Origin: Callorhinchus milii
Lineage: Eukaryota
Length of the DNA: 64,000 nucleotides
Direction: 5' to 3'
Assembly (NCBI RefSeq): GCF_018977255.1
Contig: NW_024704743.1
Coordinates: 65,226,001-65,290,000 of the forward strand
Shown here: positions 38,130-48,900 of the stretch, piece by piece
Layout of the letters: the number at the start of each line of letters is the position of its first letter
Position numbering within the stretch: the first letter of the stretch is position 1
Translations under genes and position numbers: made by a program
Notes under the pieces: model-generated
What the model saw: the letters and a program-made list of their open reading frames with translations, nothing else
Databases searched by the model: none
What the model was told of the DNA's origin: nothing

Positions 38130-39047
38130 TAGTTCAGTGGTGAGTTCACCCAATGTCTGGAATCTTTTGAAGTCTTTGAATTCAAATGAATAAGCCGCCT
38201 GAGGTCATTGCAGTCCGGTAGTGTATTGGTTAGAGCCTTGCAAACGATTAAACTTGGGTTTGATTCCAGGCAGGGCCAAATGTTTGGCAGGTTTCCTTAT
38301 TCCCCACGCCTCTGTTTACCGAGCAGTAAATAGGAACCCGTTTGTTAGTCAATTGGTGCATCGCTTTTCCGGGGATAATAATAATCGATTTTTTAAAATC
38401 AATTCAATAAATAATAATAATTTCAGCACTCAAACCACGATTATTTGTAGGACATTGCTGAACATAATTGGCTGCCACATTTTTCGCCCACAAAATATAC
38501 AGTCAGTACACTTTACAGTATATGCTGTGAATCTCTTTGAGATGTCGCAAAGACGTGATCAGGTGCTATATCAAAATTGACTGGCTGATGCCTTGATAAG
38601 TAGGCATAATAATCCCTCCAAAACCAAAAACAATAATAAATTGGTCATCTTCAATCTACGACTGCTTGTGGGACATTGCTGTGCGCAATTGGCTGCCGTG
38701 TTCGCCCACAAATATACAGTCAATTCACTTTACAGTGTGTTCTGTGAAGCGCTTTGGGACGTCCTCCCGATGTGAAAAGCGCTATATCAAGTGCAAGGAT
38801 TATTATTATTATTATTATGCTCAGCTCGTGCTAAGCTCCTTTTCGTGGCATGCAGGATCTGTCTTTCTTTCATAATTCTTCAAATAAACTACAAATGACT
38901 GTGTGAGGGAAAGGAAAGGAAGGCACGAAAGTCCCACTTGGAGCAGCACTGCTCTGATGGGCCAGTGTGAATTTCCAATCAATCACAGTCCTAAGTTGCT
39001 CAATTAAAGAAATAGAACGAATTCCTGCGTGAGAGCCTCCCAGTCAC

Positions 39048-39119
39048 TAGCAGAGGATGGTTTTGATCCATCGAGCTCTGGGTTATGGGCCCAGCACGCT
39101 TCCGCTGCGCCACTCTGCT
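39048..39119 (-). tRNA. tRNA-iMet variant (2 substitutions)
   Basis: T-loop reads GATCAAAAC and the variable loop has a G>C change; stems intact. Confidence 0.65.
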
Positions 39120-40193
39120 GTACGACTGCTCACTAATGAAATCACCAGGTTGTGTATCACTGTCCCTCTGGCACCATACATCACCAACGTCCATTCTGAA
39201 TTTCCTTTACCTCACACAGTCATTTTTAGTTCATTTCTAGAATTGGGATAGAAAGGCAGATCCTGCATGTTATGGTAAGCTGCTCACTGGGAGCTGGGTA
39301 TGCTTTGTCCTCAACCCATTGCTTGTGGACCCATCATGCTCCCGTCTGCCTCATACTCACAGAGCAAACAACATCAAAATAACAGGCAGCAAAGCCCCTC
39401 TTACAGGCAGCATTGATGAGTCAGTCTGAATCTCCAATCAATAAATCCAACATAAATTGTTCAATGGAAGAAATCAAAATTATGAAAACTTGAACTCCTG
39501 AGTCAGAGCACACACGCATCTGTACATGAATCAAGCCAGCACTCTGTGACGGTCTTGGTAGTCTGGTTCCTGAGCCAGGCGCGTCCGCATTACTCCAAGG
39601 CACTGCTGATAATAATAATCATAATAATCCTTACATTTGATATAGCGCTTTTCATGTCTTCTAGACGTCTCATAGCGCTTCACAGAATATCCTGTTAAGT
39701 TAAGTGACTGTATATTTGTGGGCAAAACACAGCTAGCTATGATGACAGTGTAGCCGCTCACCAGCAGGACTTAGAAGGGGAGACTGTGGCCAGGGAATCC
39801 TCTCATTCAGCTCCTGTTAAACCTGAAAGCCAAAGCTCTAACAGATAAATTGGTCCTGGCTGGAAAGCAACGGGAAGGCTTGCCAGACAGTGCTATCAAT
39901 GGAAAGCTATGCAGTTTTAATTGGTTAGACTCCAGCAGTAGCTCAATGCACTCTCTGGGGTCCCCAAGCCTGGGCTTCTGCCAACCTGCGCCTAACACTT
40001 TCCAGAATTGGTTAAGCAGGATGTGTCCCTCCAGGGAGAGAGTGTGGATTCCATTCCAACAATCTATCTCTGGGATTTCCATGGGTAGGTGGGATGAGTG
40101 CATGGAATCCTCAGGTTGGCTTGGATATTATTAAGCACTGTGATGGGTTTCTGCATGTGTCAGACACCCGGCTGAACCCAAAAATAATTACAC

Positions 40194-40265
40194 GAGCAGA
40201 GGATGGTTTTGATCCATCGACCTCTGGGTTATGGGCCCAGCACCTTTCTGCTGCTCCACTCTGCT
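40194..40265 (-). pseudogene. tRNA-iMet pseudogene
   Basis: D-arm disrupted (GGAGCAGCAGAAAGG), T-loop G>A, discriminator A>C. Confidence 0.75.
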
Positions 40266-40605
40266 ACAGGATTGCTCACTGATGAAATCATCGTTGTTTG
40301 GGTCAGGGTCACCCTGCATCATACATCACAAGATCAATTCTGAATTGTGAAAGGCAAACACTGAATTCTCAGCCACACCACGAGCTGAACACGTTGTATT
40401 CATTAACCCGTGGGTTATGGGTCCAGCATTCTCCTACGTGCCTCCTACTCACTTTGCAAAGAACATCCAAGGAGTAATAAAGCCCCTCTTGCAAGCAGCA
40501 TTGGATGGGTCAGTGTAAATTTCCAATCAATCAGTGATAAATTGCTCAATAGAATAAATGAGTATAAGGAAAAGCTGAGCTCCTGAGTGAGAGCCTCACA
40601 TTGAT

Positions 40606-40677
40606 TAGCAGAGGATGGTTTCGATCCATCGACCTCTGGGTTATGGGCCCAGCACGCTTCCGCTGCGCCACTCTGCT
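40606..40677 (-). tRNA. tRNA-iMet (CAT)
   Basis: Exact 72-nt copy. Confidence 0.95.
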
Positions 40678-40869
40678 ATAGGACTACTCATTCATGAAAT
40701 CACCAGGTTTTTGGGTCATTGTCCCTCGGACACCATACATCACCAACGTCCATTCTGAATTTGTCCATTCTGACCTCACACAGCCATTTTTAGTGATGGA
40801 AGGCGGTGCCAGTTGTGGCGCGGATATGAGGGAGAAAGGACAGCTCTGGGTCGAACATCACCAGACTAT

Positions 40870-41535
40870 GGCACTACCTCACCCCTCACGCTGCTGAAAC
40901 TCTGGTCCACGCTTTTATCACCTCAAGGCTGGACTATGGGAACTCTCTCCTCGCCGGCCTTCCCGGCACCTCCCTCCACAAGCTGCAGGTCATTCAGAAC
41001 TCTGCAGCTCGTGTACTGTCCCGCACCAGGCTTCGGGACCACATCACTCCCACCCTCGCTCGCCTCCACTGGCTCCCCATCCCCCAGAGGATCGAATTCA
41101 AGATCCTCATCCTCACCTATAAGGCTATTCACGGCCTTGCTCCCTCCTACCTCTCCGACCTACTATCCCCCTACTTACCTCCCGTACCCTCCGTTCCTCC
41201 GGCTCCGGTCTGCTCCACATCCCCCGCCCCAACCGCCCTACCATCGGTGGCCGGGCCTTCAGCCTCTCAGCCTCAAGGCTCTGGAACTCTATCCCCCAGT
41301 GCCTTCGCCGCCTCCTCCCTTTCCTCCTTCAAGGCCGATCTCAAGACCTTTCTCTTTGACCGTGCCTTCAGCTCCCCTCTCGACTCTCTACCCCCTCCTC
41401 ACTCTCTCCCTTCCCTCCCCTCACCCTGACCATTTCCCCCCTGCTTGGGTCCTGACCCAACTGTACAGCGCCTTGGGACATCCTCCCGACGTGAAAGGCG
41501 CTCCATAAATGGAATCTTGTTGTTGTTGTTGTTGT
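40870..41535 (+). mobile_element. L2-type LINE 3' fragment
   Basis: [22 protein letters not shown]...LQVIQNSAAR...LHWLP; (ttg)n tail. Confidence 0.85.
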
Positions 41536-42411
41536 CCTCCCAACATGAAAAGCGCTATACAAATGTAGTTTTGTTGTTGTTGTTGTAACTTGTTGCATTG
41601 ACCCTTGTAGACTGTAGTATATCCATCTTTCCTCGAGTTTGTTTGCATTAGCTACTCCATTCCCAAAATTCAGCTCTTCTGATTTAATCCCCAAATCCCT
41701 GGTTCTTTATACCTTTTGGTCATGTACTCCAGTCTGTTCAATGTATTATTAGAAACACCAGCTGCAAACCAAGGACAAAATTTATCTTCCATGGTGAAGA
41801 AAATCTTTGTTCTTTATTCTTCCATTTGTCCCTGGCTTTCATCCATTTGTGCCATATAGTCAGCATTTATGAAGTAAATAAGTCCAGAATTCTGGGATTG
41901 CTTATAGGATGGAGGCAGGGAGGTAGAGTTGGGTGTCATCCACATACATGTAGAATTTGACCCCATCTCTGCTGGTGTTGTCATCAAGATGGAGTATAAA
42001 GATATTGAACAGGAGAGGACCAAGGACATATTTTTGTACCTGATTGGTTATTGTGTAAAGCCCAATGTCTCACTGTCACCCAGCATCATGCATCATAAGA
42101 TCAATTCTGAATTACCTTCAGCTCACACAGTCATTTGTAGTTTATTTGAGGAATTATGAAAGAAAGGCAGATCCTGCATGCTATCATAAGCAGCTCACCC
42201 TAAGAGGAGCATGCATTTTTCATCAACTTACAAGATATGGACCTGGCCCACTCCTGTCTTCCAAGCTCACTAAGAAGATCAAAATAACAAGCACGAAAGT
42301 CCCAGTTGCAGCAGCACTGGATGGCCCAGTGTGAATTTCCAATCCATCACAATCTTGAGTTGCTCAATTAAAGAAATAGAACCAATTCCTGACTGAGAGC
42401 CTCCCAGTCGC

Positions 42412-42483
42412 TAGCAGAGGATGGTTTCGATCCATCGACCTCTGGGTTATGGGCCCAGCACGCTTCCGCTGCGCCACTCTGCT
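42412..42483 (-). tRNA. tRNA-iMet (CAT)
   Basis: Exact 72-nt copy. Confidence 0.95.
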
Positions 42484-42489
42484 ATAGGA

Positions 42490-43495
42490 CTGCAATGAGA
42501 CTTCCAAATTCCCCCAAACAATGAAGGCAGATGTGGGGTAGACGGTTGATAAGGAAACGCTGAGCCCTGGGGTGACGGCTGCTGGAAGGCATTACCTGGA
42601 GGTCCAGTTCGTGAACAGACATTCGTACACCCGATGCCTGGACCCCACGTTGATTGGTTTGCAGAAAGGTGAGCAGCTGCTGCTTGAACTGAGCGCCTCC
42701 GATTGATGGCACCATCGCTCAATGGGAAAGGGTGTGTAGCCGAGCTCCAGACAGGAAAATGGTGGCAATGCTCTCACGCATTTCATGCTGAGACGGGTTG
42801 CCCACTGGGAAGCTGGTACCTGGTACCTACCATCCATCTAGTGAGGGTTCAAACCCGCGCTTCTCGGATGTCAAAACACTGACTAGTGACTATCCTCCTT
42901 GGGGGGAGGTAGGCGGGATCTCCTTGGAGCTGAATTCCTAAGTAAGAACACGCAAGCACTAGCACGTAAATCGAGCCAACCCTCTGTGGGGGTCTCGGTA
43001 GTCTGGTTCCTGTGCCAGGCAGGCCCGCAGTATTCCAGGGCACTGCTGAAAATTGCACAGCCAGCCTGGCTTAGCGGCAGGATTTAAGGGGCAGATCAGT
43101 CACTGGAGCGGGGAATCATCCCACTTAGCTCCTGCTAACCCTGCAAGCCAAAGCCCCAACGGCTAGGGTGGGCCTAGCTGGACAAGTAGCGGTAAAGCTT
43201 GCAACACAGCAATATCAATGACCAGCTATGCGGTTTTAGCTGGTTAGACTCCAGCAGTACCCCAACATAGACTCTGGGACCCCCAAGCCTTGGCTCTCGC
43301 CAACCTGTGCCTAATACTTTCTGGAATTGGGTAAGCAGGATGTGTCCCTCCAGGGAGAGAGTGCACATTGCATTCCAACAATCTCCCTCTGGGATTTCCA
43401 TGTGTAAGTGGGATGAGTGCATGGAATCCTCAGTTTGGTTTGGATACTCTTAAGCACCGTGATGGATTTCTGTATATGTCAGACATCCGGCTGAA
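42490..43495 (-). mobile_element. Ancient dispersed repeat, possibly a degenerate I-group/Ingi-like non-LTR RT fragment
   Basis: Related copies at about 7275-7900, 25710-26560, 39500-40170, 44010-45180 and 55270-55550. Frameshifted motifs [18 protein letters not shown] and SALEYCGPAW resemble YLGVxLD...LAGxxWG...AEYCAPVW. Confidence 0.4.
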
Positions 43496-43512
43496 TCCAA
43501 AAATAATCTTTC

Positions 43513-43584
43513 TAGCAGAAGATGGTTTCGATCCATCGACCTCTGGGTTATGGGCCCAGCACGCTTCCGCTGCGCCACTCTGCT
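43513..43584 (-). tRNA. tRNA-iMet variant (C66>T, G7-U66 wobble)
   Basis: Single substitution that keeps acceptor-stem pairing; T5 downstream. Confidence 0.85.
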
Positions 43585-43928
43585 CCATGACTGCTCACTG
43601 ATAAAATCACCGTTGTTTGGCTCAGGGTCACCCTACACCACACGTCACAAGATCAATTCTGAATTGTGTAAGGCAAACCCTGAAAGCTCTGCCACATCCT
43701 GAGCTGAACACGTCATATTCATTAACCCGTGGGTTACGGTTCCAGCATTCTCCTGTCTGCCGCCTGCTCAGTTTGCAAAGAACATCCAAAAAGCAGGCAG
43801 TGAAGCCCCTCTTGCAAGCAGCATTGGATGGGTCAGTGTGAATTTCCAATCAATCAATGATAAATTGCTCAATAGAATAAATGAGTATAAGGAAAAGCTG
43901 AGCTCCTGACTGAGAGCCTCCCAGTCGC

Positions 43929-44000
43929 TAGCAGAGGATGGTTTCGATCCATCGACCTCTGGGTTATGGGCCCAGCACGCTTCCGCTGCGCCACTCTGCT
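43929..44000 (-). tRNA. tRNA-iMet (CAT)
   Basis: Exact 72-nt copy. Confidence 0.95.
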
Positions 44001-45264
44001 GTAGGACTACAATGTGACTTCCAAATTCCCCCAAACAATGAAGGCAGATGTGGGGTAGACGGTTGATAAGGAAACGCTGAGCCCTGGGGTGACGGCTGCT
44101 GGAAGGCGTTACCTGGAGGTCCAGTTCGTGAACAGACATTCGTACACCCGATGCCCGGACCCCACGTTGATTGGTTTGCAGAAAGGTGAGCAGCTGCTGC
44201 TCGAACTGAGCGCCTCCGGTTGATGGCACCATCGCTCAATGGGAAAGGGTGTGTCGCCGAGCTCCAGACAGGAAAATGGTGGCAATGCTCTCACGCATTT
44301 CATGCTGAGACGGGTTGCCCACTGGGAAGCTGCTACCTGGTACCTACCATCCATCTCGTGAGGGTTCAAACCCGCGCTTCTCGATGTCCAAACACCGACT
44401 AGTGACTATCCTCCTTGGGGGGAGGTAGGCGGGATCTCCTTGGAGCTGAACTGGCTCCAAGGTGACGTGCTTGGCAACAACAACAACAACAAGATTCCAT
44501 TTATTGAGCGCCTTTCATGTCGGGAGGACGTCCCAAGGCGCTGTACAGTTGGGTCAGGACCCGAGCATTGGGGGGAAATGGTCAGGGTGAGGGGAGGGAA
44601 GGGAGGGAGCGAGGAGGGGGGTAGAGAGTCGAGAGGGGAGCTGAAGGCTCGGTCAAAGAGAAGGAATATCAGAATGGAGCCAGCCCTCCCTCTGTGGCGG
44701 TCTCGGTCAGTGGGTTGCTGAGCCAGGCGGGTCCTCAGTATCCAGGCACGGATGGTGACCCCGCAGCCAGCCTGGCTTATCGGCAGGACCTGGAAGGGCA
44801 GACCAGTCAGTGGGGCCGGGATAACACACCACTCAGCTCCTGTCAACCCAGCAAGCCAAAGCTTAGCTGATAAACTGGTCCCAGCCGGACCAGCAGCGGG
44901 AAAGCTGGCCAGACCGCGCGCTGGACGGCGAGCTGCGGCTTTAGCCGGTTGGAGTTGCGATGGTCCTCACCGCTGATTGTATACCCGTGTTACGACAAAG
45001 CGCTCGGTGTACTCGCTGGCCTCCGCGCCGGTCCTTTCTCCGTGCCGTCCAAGTTCCCTCTCTGAATGGATCTCCGCTGATGAGAATATACACACACTGC
45101 GCCACAAAGCGATGCCTCCAGCGCGTTCTTTGCACTGCAAGGCGGCCGCGATGCAAATTCCGCGTGGGTCAGACACCCGGCTGAGCAAAAAAAACAAACC
45201 ACAGACACCCGGCAGGAAAACCCGAGCCCGTGAGCGAGCGAGCGAGCGAGAGCCTCGCAGTCAC

Positions 45265-45338
45265 CAGCAGAGGATGGCTTCCGATCCATCGACCTCTGGG
45301 TTTATGGGCCCCGCACGCTCCCGCTGCGCCACTCTGCC
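45265..45338 (-). pseudogene. tRNA-iMet pseudogene with GC-biased changes and 2 insertions
   Basis: 74 nt; anticodon loop and T-loop each gain 1 nt; A1>G. Confidence 0.8.
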
Positions 45339-45600
45339 CCAACGCTCGCGACGGGACCTTCAGGCGGGTTTCGCACGGGCGGTATCTTTCGCCCACGAAC
45401 CACGCGGCCAATCCCCTCCGCAGCGCGGTCCGCGGATCGCTCCGAGACGTCTGGGAGACGCCGGATCAGCCTCCGCGCACGGCAACGGAAGGACTGCTGA
45501 ACGCCGAGTGCGGGGAATCACGCACAAAACCGTCAGCGACGGGAACGGTGATCGCCTCTCAAACGGCTTCTCAATAATGTCAATATCAAAAAATATGGCC

Positions 45601-45620
45601 AAAAAAAAAAAAAAAAAAAA
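45601..45620 (-). terminator. Pol III terminator (T20) of the HUS1-proximal tRNA-iMet
   Basis: A20 run on the + strand, 15 nt past the tRNA 3' end. Confidence 0.7.
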
Positions 45621-45635
45621 GTCGCCGCTGAACTA

Positions 45636-45707
45636 TAGCAGAGGATGGTTTCGATCCATCGACCTCTGGGTTATGGGCCCAGCACGCTTCCGCTGCGCCA
45701 CTCTGCT
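45636..45707 (-). tRNA. tRNA-iMet (CAT), head-to-head with HUS1
   Basis: Exact 72-nt copy; T20 tract 15 nt downstream on the minus strand. Confidence 0.96.
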
Positions 45708-45863
45708 CCATGGCCACACCGGGACCTTCAAGCGTTTAGTATCAAGGCGTCAGGCAGTCAGACGCAATCGCCGCTGCGTCGTTGCCTTGGAAACCGCGTC
45801 CTGTCGGATCCGGAAGTGACGCGCGGCGCGGGGCCTGGACCGCGCTGCTCGCTCGGCGGCGCC

Positions 45864-45915
45864 ATGAAGTTCAGAGCCAAACTGGTGGACGTGGCGTGTC
45901 TGAACCACCTGAGCC
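45864..45915 (+). CDS. HUS1: HUS1 coding exon 1
   Basis: gccATGAAG Kozak context; [17 protein letters not shown]; donor gtgagt at 45916. Confidence 0.96.
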
Positions 45916-48900
45916 GTGAGTCAGCGGAGCCTCTCCCACCCCCCTCCCCGCGCGGGCCCAGCCCTGTCCAGCGGTAACCCTGGCCCCGGCCCCCCCGGCT
46001 CTGCCCCACCTGGCGCTGCCCACCCCCCCACCCCACCCCCACCGCGGCCTCTCCTCACACCCCACCGTCACCCCCGACCCCCTCCTCAGCCTCCTTCAAA
46101 ACCCTCCTCTTCGACCATACCATCGGCCATCCCCCCCCCTCCCCTCTCCCTGACCCCAGCTCGGGTCTGAGATGCTGTACTCTGTCCAGCGCCTCGGGAC
46201 GTCCTCCCGACGAGAAAGGGGCTATACAAATGTAACCTTGTTGTTGTTGTTGTTGCCCTCCTCGCCCCTCCCCCCCCTCCTCGCCCCTCCCTGCAACCCA
46301 CTGCCCTCCTCGCCCCTCCCTGCAACCCCCTGCCCTCCTCGCCCCTCCCTGCAACCCCCTGCCCTCCTCGCCCTCCCTGCAACCCCCTGCCCTCCTCGCC
46401 CTCCCTGCAACCCCCTGCCCTCCTCGCCCCTCCCTGCAACCCCCTGCCCTCCTCGCCCCTCCCTGCAACCCCCTGCCCTCCTCGCCCCTCCCTGCAACCC
46501 CCTGCCCTCCTCGCCCCTCCTGGCCATCCTGCCTTCCCTGTCCCACCTGACACCTCGCCACCCCCTACTCCACCTGCCATCCCCAACCCCCACCCGCGTA
46601 TATTCTGTGAAGCTCTTTCAGACATCTTGGAGATGTGATAAGACACTATATCAAATACAAGATTATTACTATATTCTTGATCCAATGCCCTTCCTCTCAG
46701 GATCCTCCCTTTCTCAAACACTACAGATTTCAGCTGTGCCCGGGTTTGCTTCTGTATTCCACAGTGTTTGCTGAACAACAACTTGCACTTACAACAGCAA
46801 ATTATTGTTATAACAATAACTTGCATTTATATAACACCTTCACGCAGAGTCGCATCTCAGAGCGCTACGTCAGCCAGGCTCAGCGGGTAACACTCTCGCC
46901 TCGCAAGTCAGAAGGTTGTGGGTTCAAGTTCCAAGTCGGGACATGGAACAGATATCATCTAAGATGACACTCCAATGCAGTGCTGGGGGTGTGTTGCATT
47001 GTTGGAGATGCCGACCTTCGAATGAGACGTTAAACCAAGGTCCCGTCTGCCTGTTTTCGTTGCACGTTAAAGATCCCATGGCACTGTACAAAAAGAGAAG
47101 AGAGTTTCTCCCAGTGTGCTGACCAACAATCTCCTAAAGAAAATTGGTCACACTGGCTGTTCATGGGGGTTGTGCGCAAATTGGCTGCCGTGTTTGCCTG
47201 CCAAACACACAGTCACTGTACTGTATCATATATACTATGAAGTGCTTTGGGATAAATTTTAGGATTATTGTCACTTTGGTTGAAACAATCGCAGGCTACC
47301 CTGGGCTGACAACAAAATCACAGGAAATTGCATGTCAGGAGGATGTCTCAAAGTGCTCACAGGATTCATTATAAAGTGTAATGGCAATGTATTTTGGCAA
47401 ATGCAGTAGCCAATTAGATAAACAATAAAACAGATAAACATTTTTCTCACAGTCTGCGAAATCCATCACCATGTTTAAGAGTATCTAAACCAAGCTGAGA
47501 ATTCCATGCATCCCACCTACACATGGAAATTTCAGAGAGAGATTGTTACTAGGATGGTCTGTCATTAAGTCCTGCTTTGACACATAGCTCTTTGACCCTA
47601 TCTATGGCCGCTCCCTTCTCTTCCCTGCCTTGCTCAGTATCTGACCCTATTTATGTACAGAGCTTTGAGATGTTACCATACATGAAGAGCACTATATTAA
47701 TGCAAGTTGTTCTGACTAACCATTCCTGTGTTAATGCATTACCAGGATGGTCTATCCTCCACAGACCTAAGGACATTGATTATGCGAATGAAACTTATTT
47801 ATTGTAGGCTTTATAAAGACTTCATAGCACAAACAATCTGTAAGTCATGTGATATGTTTATTTCTTAATACAAACCTCTAAATCCTTTTAACAGCATGAA
47901 GTGGGAGGGGTCAACTGTTATGGCAGATTATCATGTATTAATTCATTGATCTTATTTATATTTTCAGGTGTTGTGAACACCATCTCCAAGCTGGCAAAAT
48001 CCTGTATTTTACGGCTGACTGCTGACAAGCTTTACTTTATTCTTTCTGACAAAGTGGCCAGTGGGGGAGTAGCCATGTGGTGTCAGTTATTTCAGGTAAA
48101 CTGGAGGTCATGCCTTCATCACCTCCAGGCTCGACTATGCAAATGCCCTGCTTGTTGGCCTTCCCAACTCCTCCCTCCACAGGCTGCAGATAATCCAGAA
48201 CTCTGCAGCCCGTGTCCTCTCCCGCACCAAACTCCGTGATCCCATCTCCCCTATTCTCGCCCGACTCCATTGGCTCCCTATCCTTCAGAGGATCCAGTTC
48301 TAGATCCTGGTCCGCACCTACAAAGCCCTCCATGGTCTCTCTCCACCCTACCTCGGTGACCTCCTAACCCCCTACCAACCCACCCACTCCCTCCGCTCTG
48401 CCGGCTCTGGCCTGCTCCATGTCCCCCGACCCATCCGTCCCACCAGTGGTGGAAGAGCCTTCAGCCACTCTGCCCCCAACCTCTGGAATTCCATCCCCTA
48501 ATCACTCCGCCTCGCCCCCTCCTTAGCCTCCTTCAAGTCCCACCTCAAGACCCTCTTCTTTGATCATGCCATCAGACACCCCCCTTCCCCTCCCCTCCCT
48601 TCTCCACCCCTGACCCCAGCTCAGGTCTGAAATGCTGTACATTGTCCAGTGCCTTGGGACGTCCTCCCGACGTGAAAGGCGCTATACAAATGTAATCTTG
48701 TTGTTGTAAAATTATGTCTGTCCCAAATAATAGTTAATGATAATTAAAATGTATTGTGTGAGGTATACTGTATGTAGAGAGAGACACTTTACTGTGTGTT
48801 GATGACTAATTACAGGACGACAGTTCTATCTTATATTTTGTATTCATGTTAGATGTTTCTGAGTTATTTTCTCCATATGTAATTTCAGTGAGGAAGGTCA

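Larger units (their letters stand above)
44900..46020. promoter_or_regulatory. CpG island and HUS1 promoter, with ETS motif CCGGAAGTG overlapping a TGACG half-CRE at 45810-45821
   Basis: High CpG density compared with the flanks; ccggaagtgacgcg lies about 45 nt upstream of the ATG. Confidence 0.7.

Noticed and set aside
17648..45707. Repeated identical 72-mers as a CRISPR-like array
   Set aside because: The repeats are tRNA-iMet genes on both strands with irregular, homologous spacers in a eukaryotic genome; no cas genes.
44977..45819. 280-aa ORF upstream of HUS1
   Set aside because: Runs antisense through two tRNA copies and an A20 tract in GC-rich DNA; no recognisable protein features.
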